A stretch of 64,000 nucleotides of DNA from a bacterium (GCA_002687895.1 NZBL01000003.1:20821-84820); one strand, 5' to 3'. Positions 16,394 to 26,965 are shown, numbered from the stretch's first letter. Notes: generated by a model from the sequence alone, not told the origin. Translations and numbers: made by a program.

Positions 16394-17885
16394 AACTAGG
16401 TTCGCGCCAAGCCCCACAGGAGCTCCTCATGTGGGCAATATTCGCACTGCTCTTTTTGTGTGGCTGTTTGCCAGGCATAACAAAGGTAATTTTATTCTGC
16501 GTGTAGAAGACACAGATCAATCCAGAGCAGAACAAGGAAGCATAAAATCAATTCTAGAAGCATTGAATTGGCTTGGCTTGGATATAGACGAAGGCATATT
16601 CAAACAAGGACAAGAAAAAGGCGAACATGGGCCATATACGCAGTCAAATAGATTAAAGACTTATCGCGATCATGCTAAAAAGCTAGTGCAAGCTGGCCAT
16701 GCTTTTTATTGCTTTTGCTCGCAAGAACGCTTAGCTGTAATCAGCGAACTTCAAAAACAGGAAAAAAAGCCGCCAAAATATGATGGACAATGTTTGAATT
16801 TAAAGCCAGAAGACGTAAAAAAATGGCTAGCTGAAAAGCGGAGCGCTGTCATTCGCATGAAAGTTCCACAAGAAGGTGAAACATCTTTCAAAGATACTAT
16901 CAAAGGAAATATTACAGTACAAAACAGCACTATTAATTATCAAGTGCTTTTAAAGTCAGATGGATTTCCAACTTATCACTTGGCTAGCGTGGTTGATGAT
17001 TATTTAATGGAGATCTCGCATGTTTTGCGCGCGGACGAGTGGATTGCTTCAACTCCAAAGCATGTTCTGCTTTACCAATATTTTGGATGGGAGCCACCTG
17101 AATTCATACACCTTCCAATTATTCTCGGCCAAGACAAATCAAAGCTGTCCAAGCGACATGGCGCAATATCAATTTTAGATTATAAAAAGCAAGGATATTT
17201 AGCAGATGCTGTTGTGAACTTTTTAGCATTGCTAGGATGGAATCCAAAAACTAATCAAGAAATTTTATCTCGCGATGAATTGATTGAGCAGTTTGATGTC
17301 TCAAAAATAAATAAAAACAGCCCTGTATTTGAGTTGCAAAAGCTTGATTGGATGAACAAGCAATATATTAAAGAAATGAGTGCTGATAAAATCAGAAAGG
17401 CCTTGCATGATATTGATGGATTAAGCGATGAGGCGCTTGTGTTCTTCAATAAGCAGTATAGATTTGATAAGGCCTTGAATCTTATTAAAGACCGCCTTGA
17501 AAAGTTATCTGATTTTGAGGATAGTGTGCGCTTCCTCTGGGATATGCCTGATTATAAGGCAGATATTTTAGTTGGCAAAGGGTTAGACAAAAAACAAACC
17601 AAGCAAAATCTAGAAAAGGCCTTAGAACTTATAGATAGGAGTGATGATTTGCGCCAAATATTTTTAGACCATTGCGATAAAAGCAATATTAAAAGAGGGG
17701 ACATGCTTTGGCCTTTGCGTGTTGCTATAACAGGCATGGAGCATTCTCCAGAGGTTTTTGCTAGTATTGAGATTATTGGTAAGGATGAGTCAAGGGAAAG
17801 AGTGGAAAAAGCGATTGAGAAGGTATCCTTCAAGATGGCGCAAAGGCCTGGGTTAGAGAAAATCCAGGAGAAAGTATTGTGGTAG
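16368..17885 (+). CDS. gltX: Glutamyl-tRNA synthetase
   Basis: HIGH region RFAPSPTGAPHVGNIRTALF, KMSKS-type KLSKRHG; ATG at 16368 chosen over track start 16287 because the earlier in-frame codons overlap the upstream gene by 107 nt. Confidence 0.85.
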   Translation: MTKQSSKIRTRFAPSPTGAPHVGNIRTALFVWLFARHNKGNFILRVEDTDQSRAEQGSIKSILEALNWLGLDIDEGIFKQGQEKGEHGPYTQSNRLKTYRDHAKKLVQAGHAFYCFCSQERLAVISELQKQEKKPPKYDGQCLNLKPEDVKKWLAEKRSAVIRMKVPQEGETSFKDTIKGNITVQNSTINYQVLLKSDGFPTYHLASVVDDYLMEISHVLRADEWIASTPKHVLLYQYFGWEPPEFIHLPIILGQDKSKLSKRHGAISILDYKKQGYLADAVVNFLALLGWNPKTNQEILSRDELIEQFDVSKINKNSPVFELQKLDWMNKQYIKEMSADKIRKALHDIDGLSDEALVFFNKQYRFDKALNLIKDRLEKLSDFEDSVRFLWDMPDYKADILVGKGLDKKQTKQNLEKALELIDRSDDLRQIFLDHCDKSNIKRGDMLWPLRVAITGMEHSPEVFASIEIIGKDESRERVEKAIEKVSFKMAQRPGLEKIQEKVLW

Positions 17886-18065
17886 TTGCTTATGATAGAG
17901 ATGCATCAATAAGCCCAAAAGAAGGGAAAAATGTAAATGAAATTTGGACATTTGATATAAAATCATCAACATGGACATCAGAACCAGAAGTTCCAAAAAG
18001 AAATTTGGAAGATGTACTAAAAGAAATATCTGAACAATAATAAATTACCAAAATCAAATAAAAAA

Positions 18066-18106
18066 CAAAGCCCGATCTATTCGCTAGACCGGGCTTTGTT
18101 TTTTTG
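18066..18106 (+). terminator. Rho-independent terminator downstream of gltX
   Basis: aaagcccgatctattcgctagaccgggctttgttttttt. Confidence 0.6.
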
Positions 18107-18226
18107 GACACTCCGCTAGAAATCTATCGGATTAGGCAGAGGCGATTACCTCAACCATGGCACCATATACTACAAATAATATATTTCGTCAATATTTTGT
18201 ATTTATGCTATAATATGCGTACAAAT

Positions 18227-19468
18227 ATGCAAAACAAAGCAAAAACAAAAATAATAGGTTTTTGGGTAGTTTTGGGATTGATGATTATATCAAACCCTGG
18301 TTTTGCTATTGCGCAAGAAGATGGGGCAACAGGAAAAGATCCTGAAATACAGGATATTGCGCAGCAGCTTAAAACCCAAAGAGACGCAATAGATGAAGTG
18401 CGGAATAAGATAGACCAATATGAATCCAAGATTCAGGCTAAGCGGAATGAGGCTTTGACCATAAAAAATCAGCTTGGATCATTAAGTGATCAAGTTGATC
18501 AGACAAAATTGAAATTAGAGCTTAAGAGGCAGGAAATAACCGAGATAAATCTTTTAATAACTGAAACTGAAAAAAGAATATCAGGAAAGGAAATTGAAAT
18601 AAGCCAGCAAAAGGAAAAAATAGCAGAATTCATCCGCTTGCTGTATCAGCGCCAGCAAAAAAGCCCAGTTGAAATACTTTTGGCTAATGATGCTTTTTCA
18701 GAATTCTTTGATGCTGCGCAATATTTAGAAGCAATTGAGGAAGATCTGGAAGTAATACTTAAAAAAATGAAAGCTGTGCAGGAAAAACTGCAGGAAGAGC
18801 ATACTGGATTAGAATCGCAGCGCGAGGAATTAAAAGAGCTTAAGGCCCAGCTGACAGGCACGCAGGTAGTTTTAGAAGAAAAAGTAACAGCTAAGAATGT
18901 CATTTTAGAGGCAACACAAGCTGATGAATCAAAATTCCAAGCATTATTAAAACAAGTTCGCGCGGAACAAGCGCAGATTAATAATGATATTATCGGCTTA
19001 GAGCGCCAGCTTAGAGCTCGCCTAGAAGCACAAGGCGATAAGACATTAGCAGAGCTTTCTGGGCAAGGATTTATCTGGCCAGTTCCAAACAGGACCGTGA
19101 CCGCGACATTCCATGATCCTGATTATCCTTTTAGAAGATATTTTGAGCATCCAGCAATAGATATACGCTCAAAGCAGGGAACACCAATTAAAGCTGTTGG
19201 TTCTGGATATGTTGCGCGAACCCGAGATGGAGGATTGGGGTATAGCTATATTTCCGTGATTCACGCGGACGGATTAAGCAGTGTTTATGGGCATGTATCC
19301 TGCATTCTTGTGCAAGAAGATGAATATGTTGTGCAAGGGCAGGTAATAGGGTGCAGTGGCGCAACTCCAGGTACTCCAGGGGCTGGTCGGCTGACTACGG
19401 GGCCGCATCTGCATTTAGAGATTAGGCTTAATGGTATTCCAGTTAACCCAATAGGATATTTGCAATAG
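18227..19468 (+). CDS. M23 (LytM) family peptidase with N-terminal signal/TM and long coiled coil (EnvC-like), catalytic HxxxD and HxH motifs intact
   Basis: Coiled-coil-rich N-terminal half; HPAIDIRSKQGTPIKAVGSGYV ... GPHLHLEIRLNG; start is at ATG 18227 or 18215 (tataat at 18209-18214). Confidence 0.7.
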   Translation: MQNKAKTKIIGFWVVLGLMIISNPGFAIAQEDGATGKDPEIQDIAQQLKTQRDAIDEVRNKIDQYESKIQAKRNEALTIKNQLGSLSDQVDQTKLKLELKRQEITEINLLITETEKRISGKEIEISQQKEKIAEFIRLLYQRQQKSPVEILLANDAFSEFFDAAQYLEAIEEDLEVILKKMKAVQEKLQEEHTGLESQREELKELKAQLTGTQVVLEEKVTAKNVILEATQADESKFQALLKQVRAEQAQINNDIIGLERQLRARLEAQGDKTLAELSGQGFIWPVPNRTVTATFHDPDYPFRRYFEHPAIDIRSKQGTPIKAVGSGYVARTRDGGLGYSYISVIHADGLSSVYGHVSCILVQEDEYVVQGQVIGCSGATPGTPGAGRLTTGPHLHLEIRLNGIPVNPIGYLQ

Positions 19469-19620
19469 TAATGAGTTTAATAGAGTAGAGTAAAACCCAA
19501 TATTATAAACACCAGTATGTTTAAATAATACTGGTATTTATAATATATATGTGTCGCTCAATATATCTTATGCGACGCATCATTTTGGTTTTATAACATA
19601 TATGCTATTTAGGATATATG

Positions 19621-20607
19621 TTATTTAAAATATACCCGATCCTTAATGCGCAAATCCACATACTGCAAAGTACTGCGCTGGGACTTTATCTTATCCTGCA
19701 AAGCCAGTTCAAGCTTTTTTATTTGCGTTTCAATGGATATCTGCATACTCACAAATGCCTGCCAGCCTTCTGTGGTTATGAATTTAAGCTCATCTAGGAT
19801 GTCTGGATCATATAAAACGTGCGCAAGCTTTATCTGCTCCTGCGACCTCGCAGTCTCCTCAAATAAGGCGAAAATGAACTCAATTATTTCTCTATTTAAA
19901 ATTATATCTCCAGGATTTATTTTGGTTTGACTAGTGGTTATAATCTCTATGGTGGGTAAAGATGAGAGATCATCATCAGAAACTTTGCCAACAACAACAA
20001 TACCATTCACATCTAAGTAGTAGTGTTCTCGAGTGTATTGCATTTCTCTCTCTTCTTCAGGTTCCTCTTCTGTAACATTATTGTGCGACACTTGCTCTCC
20101 AGCGATTATTCCCCCCTCTTCCCCATCTTCTTCTTGATCATCATCTAATTCTATAGTTTGAATCGGGGTTTTAGTTCGTAGAACCACTCTGGCCAGCTTC
20201 TCCTCTAGGGCAATGCTCAAAGTAAATGGCAATTTTCTTGTAATCTTTATATCATCCACAATATACTGCTCCCTTATAGCCTGAACAACGCCAGACATGC
20301 TTGTTATGATTATATTATTATTAGAAAGGAATATAAATTTTTTTTGGTTAAGATGATTATCAACAATCTCCCTAAGCTCATGCATTGGAATATTTTCATT
20401 TCCAGAAATTTCAACTGTCTTTATTTTAAAATTATCAGAACCTAAAAAAAAGTACGCAAACCAGGCTAAGGCCGCTGTAAAAAAAATTGATCCCACAATC
20501 ATGGAAACAACAGATGTGTTAACTGGCTTTTTAGGCTGCTGCTTGCTTGGGCTTTGCGGGTGTATTATTTTTCTTTTTGGCTTGTAGTATCTATGTCTTC
20601 TTAGCAT
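19621..20607 (-). CDS. ftsQ: Cell division protein FtsQ/DivIB-like (TM + POTRA) with an acidic insertion
   Basis: 328 aa; TM VVSMIVGSIFFTAALAWFAYFFLG, POTRA-like IKTVEISGNENIPMHELREIVDNHLN; DDDQEEDGEEGG insert; directly downstream of ddl. Confidence 0.6.
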   Translation of the reverse strand: MLRRHRYYKPKRKIIHPQSPSKQQPKKPVNTSVVSMIVGSIFFTAALAWFAYFFLGSDNFKIKTVEISGNENIPMHELREIVDNHLNQKKFIFLSNNNIIITSMSGVVQAIREQYIVDDIKITRKLPFTLSIALEEKLARVVLRTKTPIQTIELDDDQEEDGEEGGIIAGEQVSHNNVTEEEPEEEREMQYTREHYYLDVNGIVVVGKVSDDDLSSLPTIEIITTSQTKINPGDIILNREIIEFIFALFEETARSQEQIKLAHVLYDPDILDELKFITTEGWQAFVSMQISIETQIKKLELALQDKIKSQRSTLQYVDLRIKDRVYFK

Positions 20608-20612
20608 TTTGA

Positions 20613-21719
20613 TTAATCAGAATACCATTCTTTTTTCGGCTGATATGAAACTTTAAGCTGGGCTTTTTCTTTAGCCCTTTCAATAGCTAGTTTGATAAGC
20701 TCATCTAATATTTCTTTATATGATAATCCGCTTGCCTGCCATAATTTTGGATACATGCTAATAGATGTGAATCCTGGAATAGTATTCATTTCATTAAGAT
20801 AAATTTCTCCATCCTCTGAAAGCAAAAAATCCACTCGCGCCATTCCTTCTCCATCTAGGGCTTTATAGGTTTTAATGGCCATGTCCTGAATCTGTTTTGA
20901 AACCTTATCTGATATTTCAGCTGGAATTTTTTCATCTGTTTTTCCATCAACGTATTTTGCATCATAATCATAAAATTCATTGCTAGGAATAATTTCTCCT
21001 ACAACACTTGCTTTTGGATTTCTATTGCCAAGTACAGAGACCTCAAGCTCGCGAGCTCCTTTAACACCTTGCTCTATGATTACTTTGCGATCATATTGTA
21101 TGGCCTCTTCTACTGCGCCTATTAATTCATCTTTATTATCTGCTTTAGAGATTCCAACTGATGAACCCATGTTTGGTGGTTTTACAAAAACTGGATAACT
21201 CAATGACAATTCATTAATGATTTCATCTTTGCGATCATTCCATTCTTTTGACCAAAACCAAATATATGGTGTCTGTTTAATTCCTTCTGATTCAATCACT
21301 TTCTTTTGCATTACCTTGTCCATGCTAACTGCTGATCCTAATACTCCGCAACCAGCATAAGGCAATCCAGTTAATTCTAAAAAGCCCTGTATTGTGCCAT
21401 CTTCTCCATATGGACCATGTAATACTGGAAATACCACATCAATATGTCCTAGTTGACTAGAAGCGTCATTTGACGAAGTAGAAAGGTCAGCTGGTTCTGG
21501 CGGAATTAAGGCATTACTCTCTTTCGGAGCATTGCCTGCCTTCAGCAATCCCAAAGATTCTTGGCCGCTAATCCATTTCCCCTCTTTTGTAATTCCAATA
21601 GGAAGAATTTCGTATTTATCTTTATCTAGATTTTCTATTACAGAGGTAGCAGAAACCAAGGAAACTTCATGTTCCCCGCTTCTGCCTCCAAATAATACTG
21701 CTACTCTTAATTTTTTCAT
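20613..21719 (-). CDS. ddl: D-alanine--D-alanine ligase
   Basis: 368 aa; MKKLRVAVLFGGRSGEHEVSLVSA and ATP-grasp motifs. Confidence 0.9.
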   Translation of the reverse strand: MKKLRVAVLFGGRSGEHEVSLVSATSVIENLDKDKYEILPIGITKEGKWISGQESLGLLKAGNAPKESNALIPPEPADLSTSSNDASSQLGHIDVVFPVLHGPYGEDGTIQGFLELTGLPYAGCGVLGSAVSMDKVMQKKVIESEGIKQTPYIWFWSKEWNDRKDEIINELSLSYPVFVKPPNMGSSVGISKADNKDELIGAVEEAIQYDRKVIIEQGVKGARELEVSVLGNRNPKASVVGEIIPSNEFYDYDAKYVDGKTDEKIPAEISDKVSKQIQDMAIKTYKALDGEGMARVDFLLSEDGEIYLNEMNTIPGFTSISMYPKLWQASGLSYKEILDELIKLAIERAKEKAQLKVSYQPKKEWYSD

Positions 21720-21721
21720 AA

Positions 21722-22858
21722 TTATTTTGTAATTATTCTCTCAATATTAGAATTAATCCCTGTTACAACTTCATAATTTATAGCTCCTTGAATTTCTGCA
21801 AGTTCGTCTGCAGTAATTTCATTCTCCCCTTGTTTGCCTATCAAAACAACTTCTACGCCTCTTTTTACATCATATACATCAGTAACATCAACCATGCTCA
21901 TGTTCATGCATACTCGGCCGATTATAGGACATCTTTTTCCATTTATCAAGACCTCTGCTTTGTTTGAAAGTCCCCTGCTATATCCTTCGTAATAACCTAC
22001 TGGGATGATTGCTATCTTAGTTTTACGCTTGGTTTTATGGGTACAACCATAACCTATATATTCGCCCTCTGGGTAATCCTTTACCTGAAGCACTTTTGTC
22101 TTCCATGTCAGAACTGGCTTGAGTTCAAATTCTGGATGTGTTGATTTGACTCTATCAATCAATTTTTGATCTGGCCACAAGCCATAGAGTCCAATTCCTA
22201 AACGTACTGCATCTAAATGTGATTCACTAAAATCTAGAATTGCCTCTGTTTTTGCCATGTGAAACATCTGTGGCTCAATCTTTTCTTTGTATAATTGAAA
22301 GCGAATATCCTCAAATGTCTGTAATTGCTTTTTGGCGTAATCGCGATGATTTACAACGTCACTAAAATGTGATTCCACTCCTTTAATCAATAAATGAGGA
22401 AGTTCATTTATCTTTTTAATATAGTCAACCGCGTTCTGCGGCATTATGCCCATACGCCCCATGCCAGTATCAATTTTTATATGAATCCTTAAATCGCCTC
22501 CTGCGCCGGATTCAGAAATTATTTTTGATAAACGCTGTGCATGGCTTAAACTATTTACAACCACTTCCGCCCTCTCTTGCATTAGCCATTGCAACTCGTC
22601 GGCACTTTCGTTTATGTATCCTAAAATAATAATTGGGGTATTAACCCCTTTTTCTCTTATTTGCTTTGCTTCATCCAGATTTATTACAGCCAAATAATCA
22701 ACCTCACTTTGAATCACTTCGCTTACTTGCGTTAATCCATGTCCATATGCGTTTGCTTTGACAACTGCTATAAGTTTGGTATCTAGATTAAGAAGTGACT
22801 TAATTTGTGAGATGTTATTTTTGAGAGCATGTTTTGATAATTCTATCCATGTATTCAT
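21722..22858 (-). CDS. alr: Alanine racemase
   Basis: 378 aa; PLP-lysine motif AVVKANAYGHG. Confidence 0.85.
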   Translation of the reverse strand: MNTWIELSKHALKNNISQIKSLLNLDTKLIAVVKANAYGHGLTQVSEVIQSEVDYLAVINLDEAKQIREKGVNTPIIILGYINESADELQWLMQERAEVVVNSLSHAQRLSKIISESGAGGDLRIHIKIDTGMGRMGIMPQNAVDYIKKINELPHLLIKGVESHFSDVVNHRDYAKKQLQTFEDIRFQLYKEKIEPQMFHMAKTEAILDFSESHLDAVRLGIGLYGLWPDQKLIDRVKSTHPEFELKPVLTWKTKVLQVKDYPEGEYIGYGCTHKTKRKTKIAIIPVGYYEGYSRGLSNKAEVLINGKRCPIIGRVCMNMSMVDVTDVYDVKRGVEVVLIGKQGENEITADELAEIQGAINYEVVTGINSNIERIITK

Positions 22859-24363
22859 GATTTATCTTTTGGCCGCAAAGTTGGGAACAAAATAACTTCT
22901 TTTATATTTTTTTTGTTTGTGAGCAAGCTGGTTAACCGATCAATACCCATGCCAAAGCCAGCAGTCGGAGGCATGCCATGCTCTAGGGCCTCTATAAAAT
23001 CATCATCAATTGGATGAGCTTCTTCGTCTCCTGCAATTGCTGCTTCTTGCTGTTCGTTGAATCGTTCTCGCTGGTCTATTGGGTCATTTAACTCGCTGAA
23101 CGCGTTGACTAGTTCAATGCCTCCGCCAACAACTAGCTGAAATCGCTCAACATATCTTGGATCATCTTCTTTTTTCTTTGCAAGCGGTGAAAGTTCAACA
23201 GGATGATCTATCATAAAAGTCGGCTGAACCAAATTTGGACGCACAAATTCTTTATAAAGCTCATCACAAATCTTGCCTCTAGAATCCTTCGGCTTAATAT
23301 CTTTTAATCCTAGCTTTTGGGCTTTTTTGTAAATTGATTTTTGGTCTGGATATGCCTCAATATCAATATCAGCTGCGTCTATTAATGCCTGCCTAAACTG
23401 AACTCTTTTAAACTTCTTTTTAAATTTAATTTTGTTGCCCTCATATTCAATTTCATTTGAATCATTTACATTTTTTACAATTTCCAAAATAAGATCCTCT
23501 GTAAGATCCATTAACTGCTCATAATCCATGTATGCGGCATAAAACTCTACTTGCGTGAACTCTGGATTATGTGACCAGTCCATGCCCTCGTTCCTAAAGC
23601 ACCGCGCAACTTCGTATACGCGTTCATATCCTCCTACTATTAGGCGTTTAAGATAAAGTTCTGGGGCAATGCGCAAATACAAATCAGTATCAAGTGAATT
23701 ATGATGAGTAACAAACGGCTTTGCCAAAGCTCCTCCAGGCATTGGCTGTAACTCCGGAGTATCAACTTCTAAAAATCCATGCTCATTTAAAAACATTCTA
23801 ATAGTGCTTACAATAGCGGCGCGGGCGTAAAATATTTCCCTAACTTCTTCATTCGTGATCAAGTCCAAATATCGCTTGCGGAAACGCGCTTCAATATCCT
23901 GTAAACCATGCCATTTTTCAGGCATTGGGCTTAAGGTCTTGGAAAGCAAAGTCCAATCATTAACCATTATTGTGTGCTCGCCTTTTTTTGTTTTGAATAA
24001 TGATCCTGTAACTTGGATAAAATCTCCAACATCAATAAGCTCTATAAAATTTTTATAAAGATCTTTTTTTAATTCATCTTTTTTAAAATATACTTGGAAC
24101 CTTCCAGTGCCATCCTCAATATGCGCGAAACTTGAGCCTCCATGTGCGCGGATTGATCGGACGCGTCCTACAAGAATTATCTTCTTGCTTTTCTTAAGCT
24201 TATTAAGATTATCCTCTAAATCAATAATAGTATGAGTGCGATCACTCTGAGATGGATATGGATTAATACCCTTTTTAATAAGAGCTTCCAAGCGCTGTGC
24301 GCGGGTTAAAGACTCATCCTGATATGTTTCTTTTTTAGCCATAATGAATATATTATAAGCCAA
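22855..24363 (-). CDS. lysS: Lysyl-tRNA synthetase (class II)
   Basis: 502 aa; OB-fold N-terminus, class II motifs FRNEG and GMGIDRL. Confidence 0.9.
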   Translation of the reverse strand: MAYNIFIMAKKETYQDESLTRAQRLEALIKKGINPYPSQSDRTHTIIDLEDNLNKLKKSKKIILVGRVRSIRAHGGSSFAHIEDGTGRFQVYFKKDELKKDLYKNFIELIDVGDFIQVTGSLFKTKKGEHTIMVNDWTLLSKTLSPMPEKWHGLQDIEARFRKRYLDLITNEEVREIFYARAAIVSTIRMFLNEHGFLEVDTPELQPMPGGALAKPFVTHHNSLDTDLYLRIAPELYLKRLIVGGYERVYEVARCFRNEGMDWSHNPEFTQVEFYAAYMDYEQLMDLTEDLILEIVKNVNDSNEIEYEGNKIKFKKKFKRVQFRQALIDAADIDIEAYPDQKSIYKKAQKLGLKDIKPKDSRGKICDELYKEFVRPNLVQPTFMIDHPVELSPLAKKKEDDPRYVERFQLVVGGGIELVNAFSELNDPIDQRERFNEQQEAAIAGDEEAHPIDDDFIEALEHGMPPTAGFGMGIDRLTSLLTNKKNIKEVILFPTLRPKDKS

Positions 24364-24394
24364 AATTAATAATTAAGCAATAAAAATACACGGC

Positions 24395-24500
24395 TATTTC
24401 CGTGCACTTACTAATTGGTCTCAGGGGTACAAATTTCGAAGCGAGAATGTATGGAACCCTTCGGAGCGAAGAAATTTCGTACACCTGATACCAATACTTA
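24395..24500 (-). promoter_or_regulatory. Candidate structured 5' leader of lysS (nested imperfect inverted repeats)
   Basis: Minus strand ggtatcaggtgtac...gtacccctgagacc enclose gaaatttcttcgctccgaagg / cttcgaaattt repeats. Confidence 0.25.
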
Positions 24501-24510
24501 TAAATACTTT

Positions 24511-24984
24511 TTATGATGCTTTGATATCCACAATCTTCCAAACTGACTCGCCTTTTGGCGTTTGTACTGTTGCTTCTTCTCCCTTCTTTTTTCCAACTAA
24601 AGATTTGCCAATTGGAGATTCATTGGAAATTTTTCCTGCTGTTGGATTAGCTTCATTTGAACCTACAATAGTATATTCTGATTTACCGCCATCTTTTTCC
24701 ACAGTAATAGTATCCCCTATTTGAACCATATCTGGATCAGAATTTCCATTTGATACAACAGTTACGTTTTTTAGAACAGTTTCCAATTCCAAAATACGGC
24801 CTTCTGTAAAAGATTGCTCTTCGCGCGCGTCAGCATATTCCGCGTTCTCGCTTAAATCTCCATAATCTTTTGCTTGTTTGATGCGTTCTGCTATTTCTGG
24901 ACGCTTTTTTTTCTTTAGCTGATCCAACTCATCTTTGAGCTTGTAATAGCCTTCTTGGGTTAAATAGTTTTGTTTATCTGACAT
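24511..24984 (-). CDS. greA: Transcription elongation factor GreA
   Basis: 157 aa; YGDLSENAEYADAREEQ motif. Confidence 0.9.
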   Translation of the reverse strand: MSDKQNYLTQEGYYKLKDELDQLKKKKRPEIAERIKQAKDYGDLSENAEYADAREEQSFTEGRILELETVLKNVTVVSNGNSDPDMVQIGDTITVEKDGGKSEYTIVGSNEANPTAGKISNESPIGKSLVGKKKGEEATVQTPKGESVWKIVDIKAS

Positions 24985-25044
24985 AAAAAAAATGTGGATA
25001 ATTAGTATATCTAATTACCTATAATACTAGAAATAAAAGATCTG

Positions 25045-26964
25045 TCAAATTTTACTAAAATACCATTCAAAAATCTTTTTAGCGATTGGAGTGGCGCTGA
25101 TATCCCCTCCTTCGCCTTCTTCAACCAAAACAGTGACAACGATTTCAGGATTATTATATGGAGCATAGGCTGTAAACCAGGCATGGGGCTCTTTTGTGCT
25201 GGAAAACTGTGCAGTGCCTGTTTTTCCCGCAATATCCACTGGAAGAACGGAAAGCGAGCGCGCAGTGCCATATGTAACCACAGACCGCAATCCTTGTTGA
25301 ATAGTTCTTATAGTATTAGGATCAACAACTTGCTTGCTAAGAACTATTGGCTTGATAATTTCAGCATCATCATAATTCCTTCCTATTTTATCAACTATTC
25401 TTGGAGAATATAATGTGCCTCCATTCGCAATTACAGATGTGAAGTTTGCAACTTGAATTGGAGTAACAGATATATCCCCCTGCCCAATTGCCAAATGATA
25501 TGTGTCCCCTAAATACCAGCGCTCTCCTTTTTTCTGCAGCTTCCAATCCTTGCTTGGTAAAAATCCCATAGACTCAGAAGGAAGATCAATTCCTGTTTTT
25601 GTGTTAAGCCCGAACTTAACTCCATAATCAGAAATTCTAGATACTCCCAAGCCTTCTATGCTCTCATATCCCCCTCCAATGGCATAGAAGAACGTGTTAA
25701 CTGATTCCGCGAGCGCGTGCTCTATATCTGTTCTGCCATGGCCTCCGTATTTCCAGTCTGGATACCAATATTGATTCACGCTTATTCCTCCTGTGCTAGA
25801 TATTGTGGTATATGGAGTGATAATTCCTTCTTCCAATGCGGCAGATCCAACCACAAGCTTTATTGTGGATCCAGAAGGATATTCGCCCGCGATTGACCTG
25901 TTAAAAAGAGGCTTTCGCTCATCCTTAAGCAGGCTTTGATATGCTTTGCTGTCTATTCCCCTGCTAAACTTGCCATTGTCAAACCCAGGATAGCTTACTA
26001 GCGCTTTTATGGCTCCAGTTTCTGGGTCCATAACAATAACGCTTCCTCCAGGAGATTCGCGCTCAATAATCATCTTTTCCAGCTCCTGCCAAATAAACAT
26101 CTGAAGCTCGCTGTTTAAATGCAAATACATGTTGTCCCCCATTACAGGCTCGGTTTGTGTCAGCTTTCTGCTGAATATACCATTTGAATCAACTTCAATT
26201 CTTAATTCTCCCAATACTCCCCTTAGCTGATCTTGATAAACTTTTTCTAATCCTATTTTTCCAACATGCTCAAAAAGCTCGTAGTCATCTTTATCTAAAA
26301 TCTCGTAATCATCAGTGGAAATTTTTCCTGTATATCCTAAAATATGGCTTAATGGATCTGTTATCTGGTATGTCCTTTTTTCAACTGGAACCAATGATAT
26401 GCCCTGCCATTCCTGAATAGAGCTTGCAATAACAACAGCCTGCTCCTGCGTAATTCCGCGGGCTATTTCTATGGCGTTTTCTGAAGTTCTCTCAATATTG
26501 GAAAAGCTTTCAATAAGGTCAAAATGGCTTATTCCAATTAACTCGGCAATGCTCGAGAATATTGCGTCTTCTGCTTCCTGATCATGCGGAAGATCAGCTG
26601 GAATTACAACCAAAGCAAAATCCGGAACATTATATGCAAGCTTTTTTCCGTTTGAATCTATTATTACTCCTCTTGGAGGAATAATAGATAAGCTGCGGAT
26701 TCTGTTTCCCTCTGCTGTTCCATAATACTCTGCTCCGCGCACAACCTGAAGATAATACAGCTTCGCAAATAAGGACCCAAATAAAAGCATACCCAAAACA
26801 GCAAGCAGCTGAAGGCTTTTTTTGTTTTTCCAGCCAATATTTACCTGCTTGCGATATGAATCTGCAATAACAATATCTCCATCAATTTCTGATGAAAATG
26901 AATCAATACTAGGGTCGCTGATGTCAGTTGCCTCCTGCTTAATTAAAAATGGATCTTTTTCCAT
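25045..26964 (-). CDS. mrdA: Penicillin-binding protein 2 (elongation transpeptidase; adjacent to mreBCD)
   Basis: 639 aa; SxxK YPSGSTIK, KTG motif AGKTGTA; N-terminal TM. Confidence 0.8.
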   Translation of the reverse strand: MEKDPFLIKQEATDISDPSIDSFSSEIDGDIVIADSYRKQVNIGWKNKKSLQLLAVLGMLLFGSLFAKLYYLQVVRGAEYYGTAEGNRIRSLSIIPPRGVIIDSNGKKLAYNVPDFALVVIPADLPHDQEAEDAIFSSIAELIGISHFDLIESFSNIERTSENAIEIARGITQEQAVVIASSIQEWQGISLVPVEKRTYQITDPLSHILGYTGKISTDDYEILDKDDYELFEHVGKIGLEKVYQDQLRGVLGELRIEVDSNGIFSRKLTQTEPVMGDNMYLHLNSELQMFIWQELEKMIIERESPGGSVIVMDPETGAIKALVSYPGFDNGKFSRGIDSKAYQSLLKDERKPLFNRSIAGEYPSGSTIKLVVGSAALEEGIITPYTTISSTGGISVNQYWYPDWKYGGHGRTDIEHALAESVNTFFYAIGGGYESIEGLGVSRISDYGVKFGLNTKTGIDLPSESMGFLPSKDWKLQKKGERWYLGDTYHLAIGQGDISVTPIQVANFTSVIANGGTLYSPRIVDKIGRNYDDAEIIKPIVLSKQVVDPNTIRTIQQGLRSVVTYGTARSLSVLPVDIAGKTGTAQFSSTKEPHAWFTAYAPYNNPEIVVTVLVEEGEGGDISATPIAKKIFEWYFSKI

Positions 26965-26965
26965 A

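Noticed and set aside
16173-16535. 120-aa antisense ORF opposite the Nudix domain and gltX start
   Set aside because: Antisense to two well-supported coding regions; no SD; Cys/His-rich junk translation.
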